Both the position numbers and the translations under genes were made by a program. DNA of 54,914 nucleotides from Hydrurus foetidus. Lineage: Eukaryota. The notes beneath the pieces are model-generated. The model saw nothing but the letters and a program-made list of their open reading frames with translations. It was not told the origin of the DNA and searched no databases. Below are positions 34,301 through 45,456 of the stretch, piece by piece (within the stretch, counting starts at the first letter, position 1; each line of letters starts with the position of its first letter). The stretch spans positions 1 to 54,914 of the forward strand of contig UYFQ01000693.1 in the NCBI GenBank assembly GCA_900617105.1, written 5' to 3'.

Positions 34301-37300
34301 TTTCTGAGCATTTGCAAGGGCTGCTTGCTTAGCGATCTCGATAGTATCTAGTTGCTGCTCAGCGAGTTTGCGTTTTTTCTTTTCCTCTTCTGCTTTGTCC
34401 TTGGCGGCGCTGAGTGCCTCGAGCTGTCCCTTGAGAGCGGCGCACTCTACCTCCAGCTGCTGAGAGCGCTTACTACTGCCATCTTTCTCTTTGTTGGCAG
34501 CATCTAGCGCGGCTTGCTTCTCGGCTTGTAAGGCGATAAGCTGCTCCTCTACCTTCTTGCGCCTCTTCATCTCTTCCTCAACTAAAGTTATGAGTAAGTT
34601 AAAAATGAGTGAACTAAGAGATACAGTATGTGGTCATCATCTGTCTGAAGGTAACCAATGCAGTGGAGTCACGGCACAGTTGAGACCATAACTAACCTTG
34701 GCCTGTGGATGTCTCCTGGTTCTTGCCCAAGGCCAGCATCTCGGCACGCAGCGCTGTCAGCTCTGCCTCGAGCTCGTTGGACCTTACTTTGTTCTCGGAG
34801 TTCATCTTGGCTGCAGCGGCGACGGCAGCTTGCTTCTCAGCCTGCAAGGCAGCCAACTGCTGCTCCACCTGCTTGCGCTTTCTTCTCTCGTCGTCCTCCG
34901 CATCCTTGCCCATACTGAGCACCTCGAGCTCGCCTCGGAAGGCCGCACACTGGATCTCCAGTTCTTGCAGGCGTTTGCAGTTCTCGTCGTACTCTCTCGC
35001 CGCTGCGGCCATGGCTGCGTCTTTCTCTGTCTTGAGCACAGCTAGCTTGCGCTCGAGCTCGATGCGCTTTTTCTTCTCATCCTCAGCCTCGCCTGTGGTG
35101 CTCTTTTGGCTGTGGCTAAGTGCCTCGAGCTCTGCTCTTAGCTTGGCGCACTCTGCTTCGTACTTGGCGGCCCTCTTCTCGTTGTCGCTCTGTAGTTTCT
35201 GAGCATTTGCAAGGGCTGCTTGCTTGGCGATCTCGACAGCGTCCAGTTGCTGCTCTGAATGTTTGCGTTTTTTCTTTTCCTCTTCTGCTTTGTCCTTGGC
35301 GGCGCTGAGTGCCTCGAGCTGTCCCTTGAGAGCGGCGCACTCTACCTCCAGCTGCTGGGAGCGCTTACTACTGCCATCTTTCTCTTTGTTGGCAGCATCT
35401 AGCGCGGCTTGCTTCTCGGCTTGTAAGGCGATAAGCTGCTCCTCTACCTTCTTGCGCCTCTTCATCTCTTCCTCAACTGATGTCATGAAATGATCAAAAT
35501 TGATGAGATTGCAGTAAACCGTGTCACAATGTCAAGAGCTGCTCTGCTCGAAGCTGTAGAGTTTACAAATGCACACGTTGACTCTGCAGCATACCTTGTG
35601 TAGTGGAGCTCTTCTTGTCTTTGCTGAGCGCCTCAAGCTCAGTCTTGAGCTTCGCACACTCTGCTTCATACTGAGCGGTTTTCTTATCCTTGTCGTCGTT
35701 GAGCTTCTGCGCTGCAGCTACCGCTGCTTGCTTCTCGGCTTGTAAGGTAGCAAATTGCTCCTCTACCTTCTTGCGCCTCTTCATCTCTTCCTCAACTAAA
35801 GTTATGAGTAAGTTAAAAATGAGTGAACTAAGAGATACAGTATGTGGTCATCATCTGTCTGAAGGTAACCAATGCAGTGGAGTCACGGCACAGTTGAGAC
35901 CATAACTAACCTTGGCCTGTGGATGTCTCCTGGTTCTTGCCCAAGGCCAGCATCTCGGCACGCAGCGCTGTCAGCTCTGCCTCGAGCTCGTTGGACCTTA
36001 CTTTGTTCTCGGAGTTCATCTTGGCTGCAGCGGCGACGGCAGCTTGCTTCTCGGCTTGCAGAGCGAGCAACTGCTGCTCCACCTGCTTGCGTCGTTTTCT
36101 TTCATCTTCGGCGGAGTCCTTACTGATGCTTAGTGCCTCGAGCTCACCTCTCAGCGCGGCGCACTCTACCTCCAGCTGATGAGAGCGCTTGCTGTTGCCG
36201 TCGTTCTCTTTTGCAGCTGCGCCTAGTGCTGCCTGCTTCTCGGCTTGTAGGGCAATGAGCTGCTCCTCCACCTTCTTGCGTCTCTTCATCTCCTCTTCCG
36301 CTAAAACAAACGATAACGAACGCATTCGTCAGTCACGATGATAATTTAGGAGAAGTATGATTTTCGCGTTGCAGCACGCAAAGAAATACCTTGTGTAGTG
36401 GAGCTCTTCTTGTCTTTGCTGAGCGCCTCAAGCTCAGTCTTGAGCTTCGCACATTCTGCTTCATACTGAGCGGTTTTCTTGTCCTTGTCGTCGTTGAGCT
36501 TCTGCGCTGCAGCTACCGCTGCTTGCTTCTCGGCTTGTAAGGCAGCAAATTGCTCCTCTACCTTCTTGCGCCTCTTCATCTCCTCCTCGACTGACGACAA
36601 GGAATAAAGTAAAGTGAGTGAACTGAGAGATAAGGTATGCAGTTACAGTCAGTTGAGGGGTAGGTAATACAGTGTTCTGACATCACTGCAGCAATAAGAT
36701 CGTGATCAACCTTGGCCTGTGGATGTCTCCTGGTTCTTGCCCAAGGCCAGCATCTCGGCACGCAGCGCTGTCAGCTCTGCCTCGAGCTCGTTGGACCTTA
36801 CTTTGTTCTCGGAGTTCATCTTGGCTGCAGCGGCGACGGCAGCTTGCTTCTCGGCTTGCAGAGCGAGCAACTGCTGCTCCACCTGCTTGCGTCGTTTTCT
36901 TTCATCTTCGGCGGAGTCCTTACTGATGCTTAGTGCCTCGAGCTCGCCTCTCAGCGCGGCGCACTCTACCTCCAGCTGATGAGAGCGCTTGCTGTTGCCG
37001 TCGTTCTCTTTTGCAGCTGCGCCTAGTGCTGCCTGCTTCTCGGCTTGTAGGGCAATGAGCTGCTCCTCCACCTTCTTGCGTCTCTTCATCTCCTCTTCCG
37101 CTTCAGTTCCGGATTGGTAATGCGCAGAGTTAATAAGATTGCAGTCATCCACATTCAAATATTAATATCTCTTTTGCTCGAAGTTACAAAGTTTATAAAT
37201 GCACAAGTTGTCTCAGCAGCATACCTTGTGTAGTGGAGCTCTTCTTGTCTTTGCTGAGCGCCTCAAGCTCAGTCTTGAGCTTCGCACACTCTGCTTCATA

Positions 37301-40300
37301 CTGAGCGGTTTTCTTGTCCTTGTCGTCGTTGAGCTTCTTGGCTGCCGCAGCAGCAGCATCTCTCTCAGCCTGCAAGGCAGCCAACTGCTGCTCCACCTGC
37401 TTGCGCTTTCTTCTCTCGTCGTCCTCCGCATCCTTGCCCATACTGAGCACCTCGAGCTCGCCTCGGAAGGCCGCACACTGGATCTCCAGTTCTTGCAGGC
37501 GTTTGCAGTTCTCGTCGTACTCTCTCGCCGCTGCGGCCATGGCTGCGTCTTTCTCTGTCTTGAGCACAGCTAGCTTGCGCTCGAGCTCGATGCGCTTTTT
37601 CTTCTCATCCTCAGCCTCGCCTGTGGTGCTCTTTTGGCTGTGGCTAAGTGCCTCGAGCTCTGCTCTTAGCTTGGCACACTCTGCTTCGTACTTGGCGGCC
37701 CTCTTCTCGTTGTCGCTCTGCAGTTTCTGAGCATTTGCAAGGGCTGCTTGCTTGGCGATCTCGATAGTATCTAGTTGCTGCTCAGCGAGTTTGCGTTTTT
37801 TCTTTTCCTCTTCTGCTTTGTCCTTGGCGGCACTGAGTGCCTCGAGCTGCCCCTTGAGAGCGGTGCACTCTACCTCCAGCTGCTGAGAGCGCTTACTACT
37901 GCCATCTTTCTCTTTGTTGGCTGCCTCTCTTTCGGACTGTAAAGCCTGGAGCTGCTTCTCCACTTCCACACGTCTCTTCTTCTCTTCGTCAACTACGAAT
38001 CAGATTCATTGATTGCTAAAGTTACGAAGAGTGCACTGTCCTTGATTAGGGGGTGAAAAAAAGTGGCGTCTTAATGTACCTTGGGTGGTGGATTTCTTTT
38101 GATTTTGACCTAGCTTCTCCATCTCAGCTTTGCAGACACTCAGTTCATTCTCTAGCTCTAGGGCGCGTCTGTTGTTTCCATCGGATGCTTGGGCAGCAGC
38201 AGTCATCACAGACTTCTTATCAGCCTGTAGAGCAAGCAGCTGCTGCTCGACTTCCTTTCGCCTCTTCATCTCTTCCTCAACTTCATAAAGCAAACGATGC
38301 ATTGTCAGAGAGTGGTAGAAATAGGAAAGTACAAAACTTTGTTCGGTGCGGTTACCTTTGCTGGATGACGTCTTCTGAGTGTTGCCCATAGTTTCCAACT
38401 CAGTTCTTAGGGCAGCACATTCAAGTCCAAGCTTGGCAGCTTTCGCCTCGTGTTCTGCCAATCGAGCAGCTTCAGCTTGCGCTTTCTTCTCAGCGGCAGC
38501 AGCTACTGCAGCGAGTTTCTCAGCATGCTGAGCGTTGAGCTTCTTCTCAATCTCTTTGAGCCGCAGTCTCTCTGCATCAACTGTCAGAACGCAGTAGTCT
38601 TTGTTAGCGGGTCGAGTTTGCTGACAACATCAATACTTGAATGGGCAGCCACACGTAATAGAAGTGATGTGTATCCATCCACCCCTCTTAATAGTTACAA
38701 CGAATCCAGAGTTGAATAGAATAAGGTTCAATGAGGCACCTTCAGTGTTGGTGCTTGCTTTTTTCTTGCTCATTTCTTGGAGTTCCTCTCTCATGGCAGA
38801 GCACTCTGCCTCTAGCTCGGATGCTCTCCCGCAATTTTGTTCTGTAATAATGCCGCAGGGTAGTCAACAGTCAAATTTAGCAGCTGTTACTTCAGTGCGA
38901 TTAAGAGCGAAAGTGCAGTGCAGTGCAGTGCAGTTGGCGTAGCGAAGTGGACTCACCCGCAAGTCTTGCAGCCTCAGTCTGAGCCTTCGTCAAGTCCGCA
39001 ATAACTTTTTGCTTGGCCTCCATACCCGCCTGCAGAGCTTCAAGTCGACTTGCAGCCTCTCTCTGCACAGCGGAGAAGTTCTTCTTCTCCTCCAGCGCAG
39101 CTTTGCGGGACTCTTCAAATTTGGTCTCCGCCTTTAATCTCTCCTCCTCAATCTTGTCCTTCTCCTTGGAGACCGTCTCAAGATCTTCCATCAGCTTGGA
39201 TATGTTCGGCTCTGAAAAGTTCAATAGCGGATACTCATAAAAATAAGCAATCGTGGACACAAGTGAAAATGAGTAAGCACTGGATAAGATGCTTGCAGAC
39301 GGACTCTCACCACACTCGGAGATAGCATTATTTAGAGCTCCATTGCGGTGGGTGCCAATGAAAGACCGTGTCTTTGAAGGTATCTTCGAGTCCTCCCGTG
39401 TGCTGATAGACGCAGGTGTCATACGACCTTCTTGGTTCAAGTACTTAGCAAGCTTCTCCTGCAGTTCACCGTTCTCGACTTGACACGCCCTCAGCTCTTT
39501 CCGACATGTCTTGAGTTCCTTCACTTTCTCACCGAAGATCTCCTCATCCCTCTTCAGATCCTCACGTAGATCCTCAAGCTCTTTTCTGAGCGCTGCAATC
39601 AACTCGTCCTTACTTCTGTCGACGAGAACGTCTGTCAGCGACTGAGAAAGTGCTACACCATCAACTGGCAATTTTTGTGAGGGTTCCAAACGTTTCTGAC
39701 TGAGTTTAGTGCTTGACGCAGAGGGACCTTCGCCTTTCCATCCCATTTTACTTACTGTTCTCACTAGATTAGGTGAGACATCCCTCGATTCCGAGGGCTT
39801 GGCCTTCCTCCTCAGTGAGCTCATCTCCTCGTGCATTTCACTCAGCTGATTCTTAAGGAGACTCACAATGCCCTCAGCTTGATCTCCGTCAACCTCTTCA
39901 TCGCCGATCTCAATCTCGAAGCCAGTAGCTACATTCGCAACAAGTTTGTTCTGGATGTGCGCGGCTTTACTCGCGTACTGCAGGGTCGATAACGTTTCAT
40001 GCAGATTGGTCCATGCCGGCGAGATACAGGCAAGCATTAACGTGCGACTGTTACCGCCGAGGGAATCCTGAAGATATCTTGTTAGCTTCGATTCTCGATA
40101 TGGGATGTGCGTGGCGTGAAGAGGACTCTTGATATTCGTGGTCAGAGCACGAATCACTTTACCGAGAGATAGCAGACCCTGTGTTCGCATGTTTTAGATA
40201 TATGCATGAGTTCTGTTTCAAATTTCTGGCATCACGCTTTCTGAAGATGACTATCAACGGCAAACTGACCTGATTGATCCCTACACTCTCTTTCAATCGC

Positions 40301-41094
40301 ATGCCATCCGCTCCTGTTTTCTTGACCCTCTCGGAACCTGCAAGATCTACTAGGTGTATCTTAGAAGTGATGAGGGAACCTCCTCCTTGTGTCTCTCCCG
40401 ACTCTCCTGACTCCACAGCTCCACAGTATTCGTACAATTCAATGGAGAGCGTGAAAATAGCGTGAGAGCGACTACTTGCCGCATTCATAAGAGTTTCAGC
40501 AGTTGTTCTTGTCATGTTTCCTCTGTCTAAATATTCTAGCGCATTTTCGACATTTAGAACCACCTCCTCTCTGGCACCGGTGAAAAAAATCTTTCCCATT
40601 TTGTCCTCACGAATAAAGATGTCGCGGGGAAGGATATCCGGATGGAGCAAGTCTTTGACCTCATCGTTGTAAATTTCAATGAAACTGACATGAAGACTTG
40701 GGACGAGTTTCCCTGTCGTCGTCCTAAGTTTTTCTGCGAGTGTACCGAATATATAGCGAACCACTCTTGGAATGACACCTTCCTCATCTCTGTCGCCCAT
40801 CATCGCGTTACCAATCATGGTGTGAGTTTTGCCACTTCCTGTCTGTCCGTATGCAAGGACTGTGGCATTAAAACCTTGAAAACAACCTTCCACAAGAGCC
40901 GCAATGGATCCATTGAAGACTTCCTCCTGCGTTATTGTCTCGCCATAGACGCTGTCGAAAGCAAAAGTTTTTTCCCCTACAGTGATTCTGTCTTTGACGA
41001 GCGTCACACATTTTTTACCTCTGCCCTCCTTCAGTGATAAAGGGCGGCATCGCACGCACACTCGAACAGTCGATGGAGTGACAATGATTTCCAT
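28374..41094 (-). CDS. Giant N-terminal-motor kinesin, kinesin-4-like (KIF4/KIF21/KIF27 group), with a tandem coiled-coil repeat stalk; multi-exon
   Basis: [36 protein letters not shown] (P-loop), [55 protein letters not shown]. Coiled-coil exons continue on the same strand to a Pro/Ala-rich tail ending at 28374. That this is one gene is inferred from compatible splice phases. Confidence 0.85.
31520..38581 (-). repeat. Intragenic array of about 27-28 coiled-coil repeats of about 60-75 aa, including duplicated exon+intron blocks
   Basis: Unit (V/A)EEExKRRxxVExQLxALQAEKxAA...ExECAALxxELEALxxxxxSTTQ. Near-identical DNA: ~33800-34580 vs ~34695-35477 vs ~37360-37920, and ~35910-36300 vs ~36710-37100. 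Introns also duplicated: ~33683-33800 vs ~36591-36709, and ~34582-34695 vs ~35796-35910. Confidence 0.95.
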
Positions 41095-41648
41095 CCTAGA
41101 AATACTCCTCAGTCACGTGCAATAGTATCTTTAGAGCGATGTCGTCTGGATCATTCGTATCTGAGAGACAGTGGAAGAAGTAATCTGTAATCTTCGTGAA
41201 GCAACCTCTCGCTTCTCGCAACAGACACAACAGCTGCGCCATGATGTGCCCATCATGTGTACGTATATTTCGGAAGGAGAGGGTTCGGTTCCCAGCGTTT
41301 AGTTCCAGTTCCATGAGTCGAAGTCGTACTTGAACCTTGAACAGTAAACATGAGTCACGAGTGAGATTCAAACCTATCATACCTATACTCATAAAAACCA
41401 GTGAACATTGAACATGAGATACAAACCACTATCCACGGATTAATTCGCCTGCTTATCTCTACGCTTGAGTTGCTGTCATAGATTTCGGATTTTGTGGTGA
41501 TGTCGTAGAGAGGAATGTCACGAATATCGATTACATGGAATGGCAATCTCTCGTGAGTTTGAAGACATGTATGTGTCACAGAATTATGCGGCGTATCGCA
41601 ATAATTGCGTAACCCAAATCTCAATTTGGTTTCAAAGTATTCCAATTA

Positions 41649-41865
41649 GAGTGTTTGCGAAACCTCGCATTTTGAAAATACGAGTTTTAAACTCGGCTTT
41701 TCCAAACTCGTTTGGGATAAATTACGATTTTTCATTTTAAAAATCCGACTACCCCACCTTTGTTGAGAGAACTCGTTTTTATTCTTGTTTTTTATGTGTA
41801 AGGCGAGTTTGAAAAAGCCGAGTTTAAAACTCGTATTTTCAAAATACGAGGTTTTGCAAACACTC
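41649..41865. mobile_element. MITE with 62-bp TIRs and TA target-site duplication
   Basis: Arms 41649-41710 and 41804-41865 are reverse complements with 3 mismatches. TA on both flanks; removing the element and one TA leaves the palindrome CCAATTAATTGG. Confidence 0.85.
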
Positions 41866-42908
41866 TAATTGGTGTAGACTCTACGTCACAGATTTTTTTC
41901 CGAAATTAGATAACAGTGTACAGACAGCAGAAGTGGTTGATTGAGAATACCGATCACATATCAAAAGTGATTTTGATGCAAAATGAAATTTGACAGGAAA
42001 AAAATTGAAAATTCCAGAGAAATAAAGATGGGCAAACGAAAAGTTTAAAAGGTGACGTGAGAAAAGTTAGTTACAGAAAGAAACCAACTAACAGTTCATG
42101 GAAAGTGCCCATAAAGTTTTCTTCATCAGTTTTAGAGAATAACCAAGACTAGATTGAATAAGTCTGAAAAGGTCTCAATGCTGCATTTCTAGTTTTTATT
42201 TTCACAAAAAAGTTCTCAGCAATGTCGTCATTGAGGTACCGTGATCAGAGTTATGGCCTAGAATATTCTTTTAATGTGACTAAAATCATGCTTGTAGTTG
42301 AAGTTACTGCCTAGTTGTTTTAAGTTCGAATTTGATAAATGTCTCTTCTGTTGTCATTCTGAATATTTGGGTTAAATGCTGTAAGAAATAACAGACCGGA
42401 TCCGCTCCTAAAAGAATGCGGATTTCTCATCAAACATCACTCATCACATATTAAATAAATTCATATAGTCTTTTCTTAATGGTTCGCTCTGTGATTATCA
42501 ACTCAGGGATGAAAAGCGGATTGCTATTGGGTGTGAGGACTGAGATTCTTGTTCTCCGCCACTATGTCCATAGGGACGATTGGTCAGAAAGAGGTCACAC
42601 CCTACAGATATACAATCTTTATCTACGTTACCTCAGAGAATTTTCATCGTGAGAATTCTAAACTCAAACAATATTACAACAGAATTACAGTGCATTAATA
42701 AAGTAAGCAGATTCAATGATATGATCATGAATATAAACAAACGATACAATTAAGATATAAAGGACCAAATCCAGAAGCTTCTCTGTTGATGAAGCCTCTT
42801 AGAACTGGGCAATTTCAGTCATCTCATCATCAGAACAACAAAAACTTGCAACGAGTTGGGACCACTCTGTTCCCTGATAAGAGAGAAATCCCTCCTTGAA
42901 AATCAGCA

Positions 42909-43484
42909 TCAAGACGATTTAGCATGTTCGAGCAAACCCTCCATTTCCGTTTTTAACTCGCGAAGCCTTTGGACTTGGCAGGCCATGTCGATGCATAGCA
43001 ATTCTCTCGCTTCATGTAGCTGATATGCGCTCATCAAAGACTGCATTTTACGTATAGCCTCATTCAATGGTGCAATTCGAATCTCTACTTGATGATGCGG
43101 TTGATGCCCGCAACCATCAGAAACTACCGCAAGCCCAGCTGTCAAAGTCTCTAGCAAAGCACTGCAAGTGATTTCGCAAACGTATCGGTTATGACATCTC
43201 CAGTTTTATTGAAAAATAAATATTAGTGGGGCAGAGCTTGCATGCAACCTTTCCATAGAGGTCCGATACTCCTCGTTAGCGACTATGGCTACCTCCTGAT
43301 TCGAAATCTGCGAGCTGATAGTCCCATTGTATTGATGGCCAGCAGACCAATTAGTAATGTTTGGTATGTCTAATAAAAGTGGTGGTTCAACGCTTTGAGT
43401 TGCAAATAAAGTGTAATAAGATGGCGGTGCTGGACATTCATCGACAGCGTTTCCATCACTGAGCTGCGTCTCTGTGCCATCCAT
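42909..43484 (-). CDS. MED7: Mediator subunit 7-like, two exons
   Basis: N-terminal PAPPSYY..EPP..YNG and C-terminal MQSLMSAYQLHEARELL..M..Q, similar to MED7 (HHLINEYRPHQARETL..M..Q). Intron donor near 43249. Confidence 0.7.
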
Positions 43485-43746
43485 AATTGATGGATAGTAT
43501 TGCCTGTGAGATGATGGATGAAATTGAGTAGGTCACCCGACAGCCCGACAGGTAATGATAAATAATATACCGCCAATTTTAGGCGACGTCCCCAGTCGGT
43601 ACGTCGGTACTCGGTACTCGGTACACACACGGGCAGTAGTTTGAGCTGAGTACATTCGAATCAGTCATCAGTCAGTATATCAGACTCGCCGCGCGCACAT
43701 CCCCTGCTGAACCTGTCTGATGTAAATCGCCAGGATACAACTTCCT

Positions 43747-44833
43747 ATGGCCTGGCGAGATTTTATACAGCGCGGTTTACTGCTTTTCTCATTGCTTGTA
43801 TGCAGAAGATGCCTCGCTGCTTACGATTCCAGCTCTATGCAGTTTCATCCCGACGGCAGAATTCTGCAAATTGAGTACTCAAAGGATGCTGTGAAGAAGG
43901 GTGGACTGATCAGCGCATATAAATGCAGGGATGGCATCGTGATCACCGCGGTCAGGAAAGCACCGATGTCAAAGTTCTTGGTCAATCAAATGCAGAAAAT
44001 TTTCACCATCGACAGCAATATTGTCATTGCGGCGACTGGGCTTCTCTTCGATGCAAACTTAATTGTTAGTATCGCGAAGAGGATTTGCCTTCAGCATAAA
44101 AGTATTTATTGCGATGAGATGCCTATTGAGAATCTCTGCGAAGAATTATCGGAAATAATGCACAAGCAGGTCTGCAAGATTATTCTCATCATATTCCTCT
44201 GCGCCACTAAAATAGACCCTTCTGATATAACTCATTCCACCTCATCACCATTGTCTGTTTTCGAAGACTACTGGTAACAGTCGACCTTTCGGGGTTAGTC
44301 TTATTGTCGCTGGAATTGATGGGCTACTTGGTCCTCAACTGTATCTGTTGGACACCGACGGCACTGTCAACGCCTGGAATGCTGTATGTGTTGGCAGAAA
44401 ATCCGATGATTTGATGGAGAGCTTAGCGGATATATTTAACGATTCTTCTGAAGAGAACAAGGTGGGTATATCTGAAAACTGGCCTGCCTTCGAGACATGC
44501 CTACGGAGACATTTTCCAAATAAACCAGAGCTTCTTACCGAAGAACCTGTAATTAGTCAAGGAGCAGAGAGTGTGTCGCTCTCTCTTTCATCAAAAGAGA
44601 GTGAGCATTCTGAGCCAGATGGATTTATTGAGATATCCTCCAATTTAAAGCCTAAGTTGAAACCAACCGGTAGCCTCGTTGGGAGCTCATCATTGGAAAC
44701 ACTTTACGGAGACATCAACGAAAATGTAGATGACTACTGGGATTTCGAAGTGCAGACAGTTATGTTGAATCCTGATGGAGAAATTTCTATTTCGCCAATG
44801 ATCGAGGTTGCTTCATCATCTCTTGAGCACTGA
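43747..44833 (+). CDS. 20S proteasome alpha-type subunit homologue with N-terminal signal peptide and acidic C-terminal extension, two exons (intron 44170-44266)
   Basis: YDSSSMQFHPDGRILQIEYS, DGIVI, KIFTIDSNI, TGLLFDA, RPFGVSLIVAGID..GPQLY..D.DG....NAVCVGRKS; preceded by MAWRDFIQRGLLLFSLLVCRRCLA. Confidence 0.88.
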
Positions 44834-45456
44834 ATTTCCTTAATGCTAATTGCGCAAATTTGTCTACACAAGAGATCTGACGGAATTCTCCAGGGTTTTG
44901 CTGTAAGCAGCATCATAGAAGCTCGGTATTTCATTATTCGATCCTATTACAATCATACTGCACCTTTGATCCGTGCTTAAAGCCTGTGAAAAGCATCATA
45001 TCCGATTGTACGCTTGTGAATTATGTATTTTTAACATCTTATTGAGAACCACCCTTCTCAATTTTCTCCACTCTGTCAGAAATCAAAGAATACCGTCCGG
45101 GCCATTAAAATTGCGCAACGATGTCTCCCGCGACAGAAGAGTGCCTCAAATCGCCTGGAACTTGCAATGAGCCGCTGTGTAATTTGGTCCCGATGACATG
45201 GGGGGTATTCACAATCATGCACCGTATACCGACTTTTCACGTATCATACCGGAATTACGGCCATACTGACACCAATTGTTCCTGTAAAATTCAAAAATGA
45301 TTTGTGTCAATTGATTCGAATTACTGACTTGATAACTTGTCTCGACTTGCGATGCAGGATGCAGGGTGTGTGAGTGCTTCATAACGATCACGACTCGTGC
45401 TGCGGTGTCAATCGCCTACTGACGACTGGACACATTTGAAATTCTAAGTTCCAGTC

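Noticed and set aside
33793..37730. Repeated plus-strand ORFs (MDVSWFLPK..., MACGCLLVL...)
   Set aside because: Antisense shadows of the kinesin coiled-coil repeats; they recur only because the exons are duplicated.
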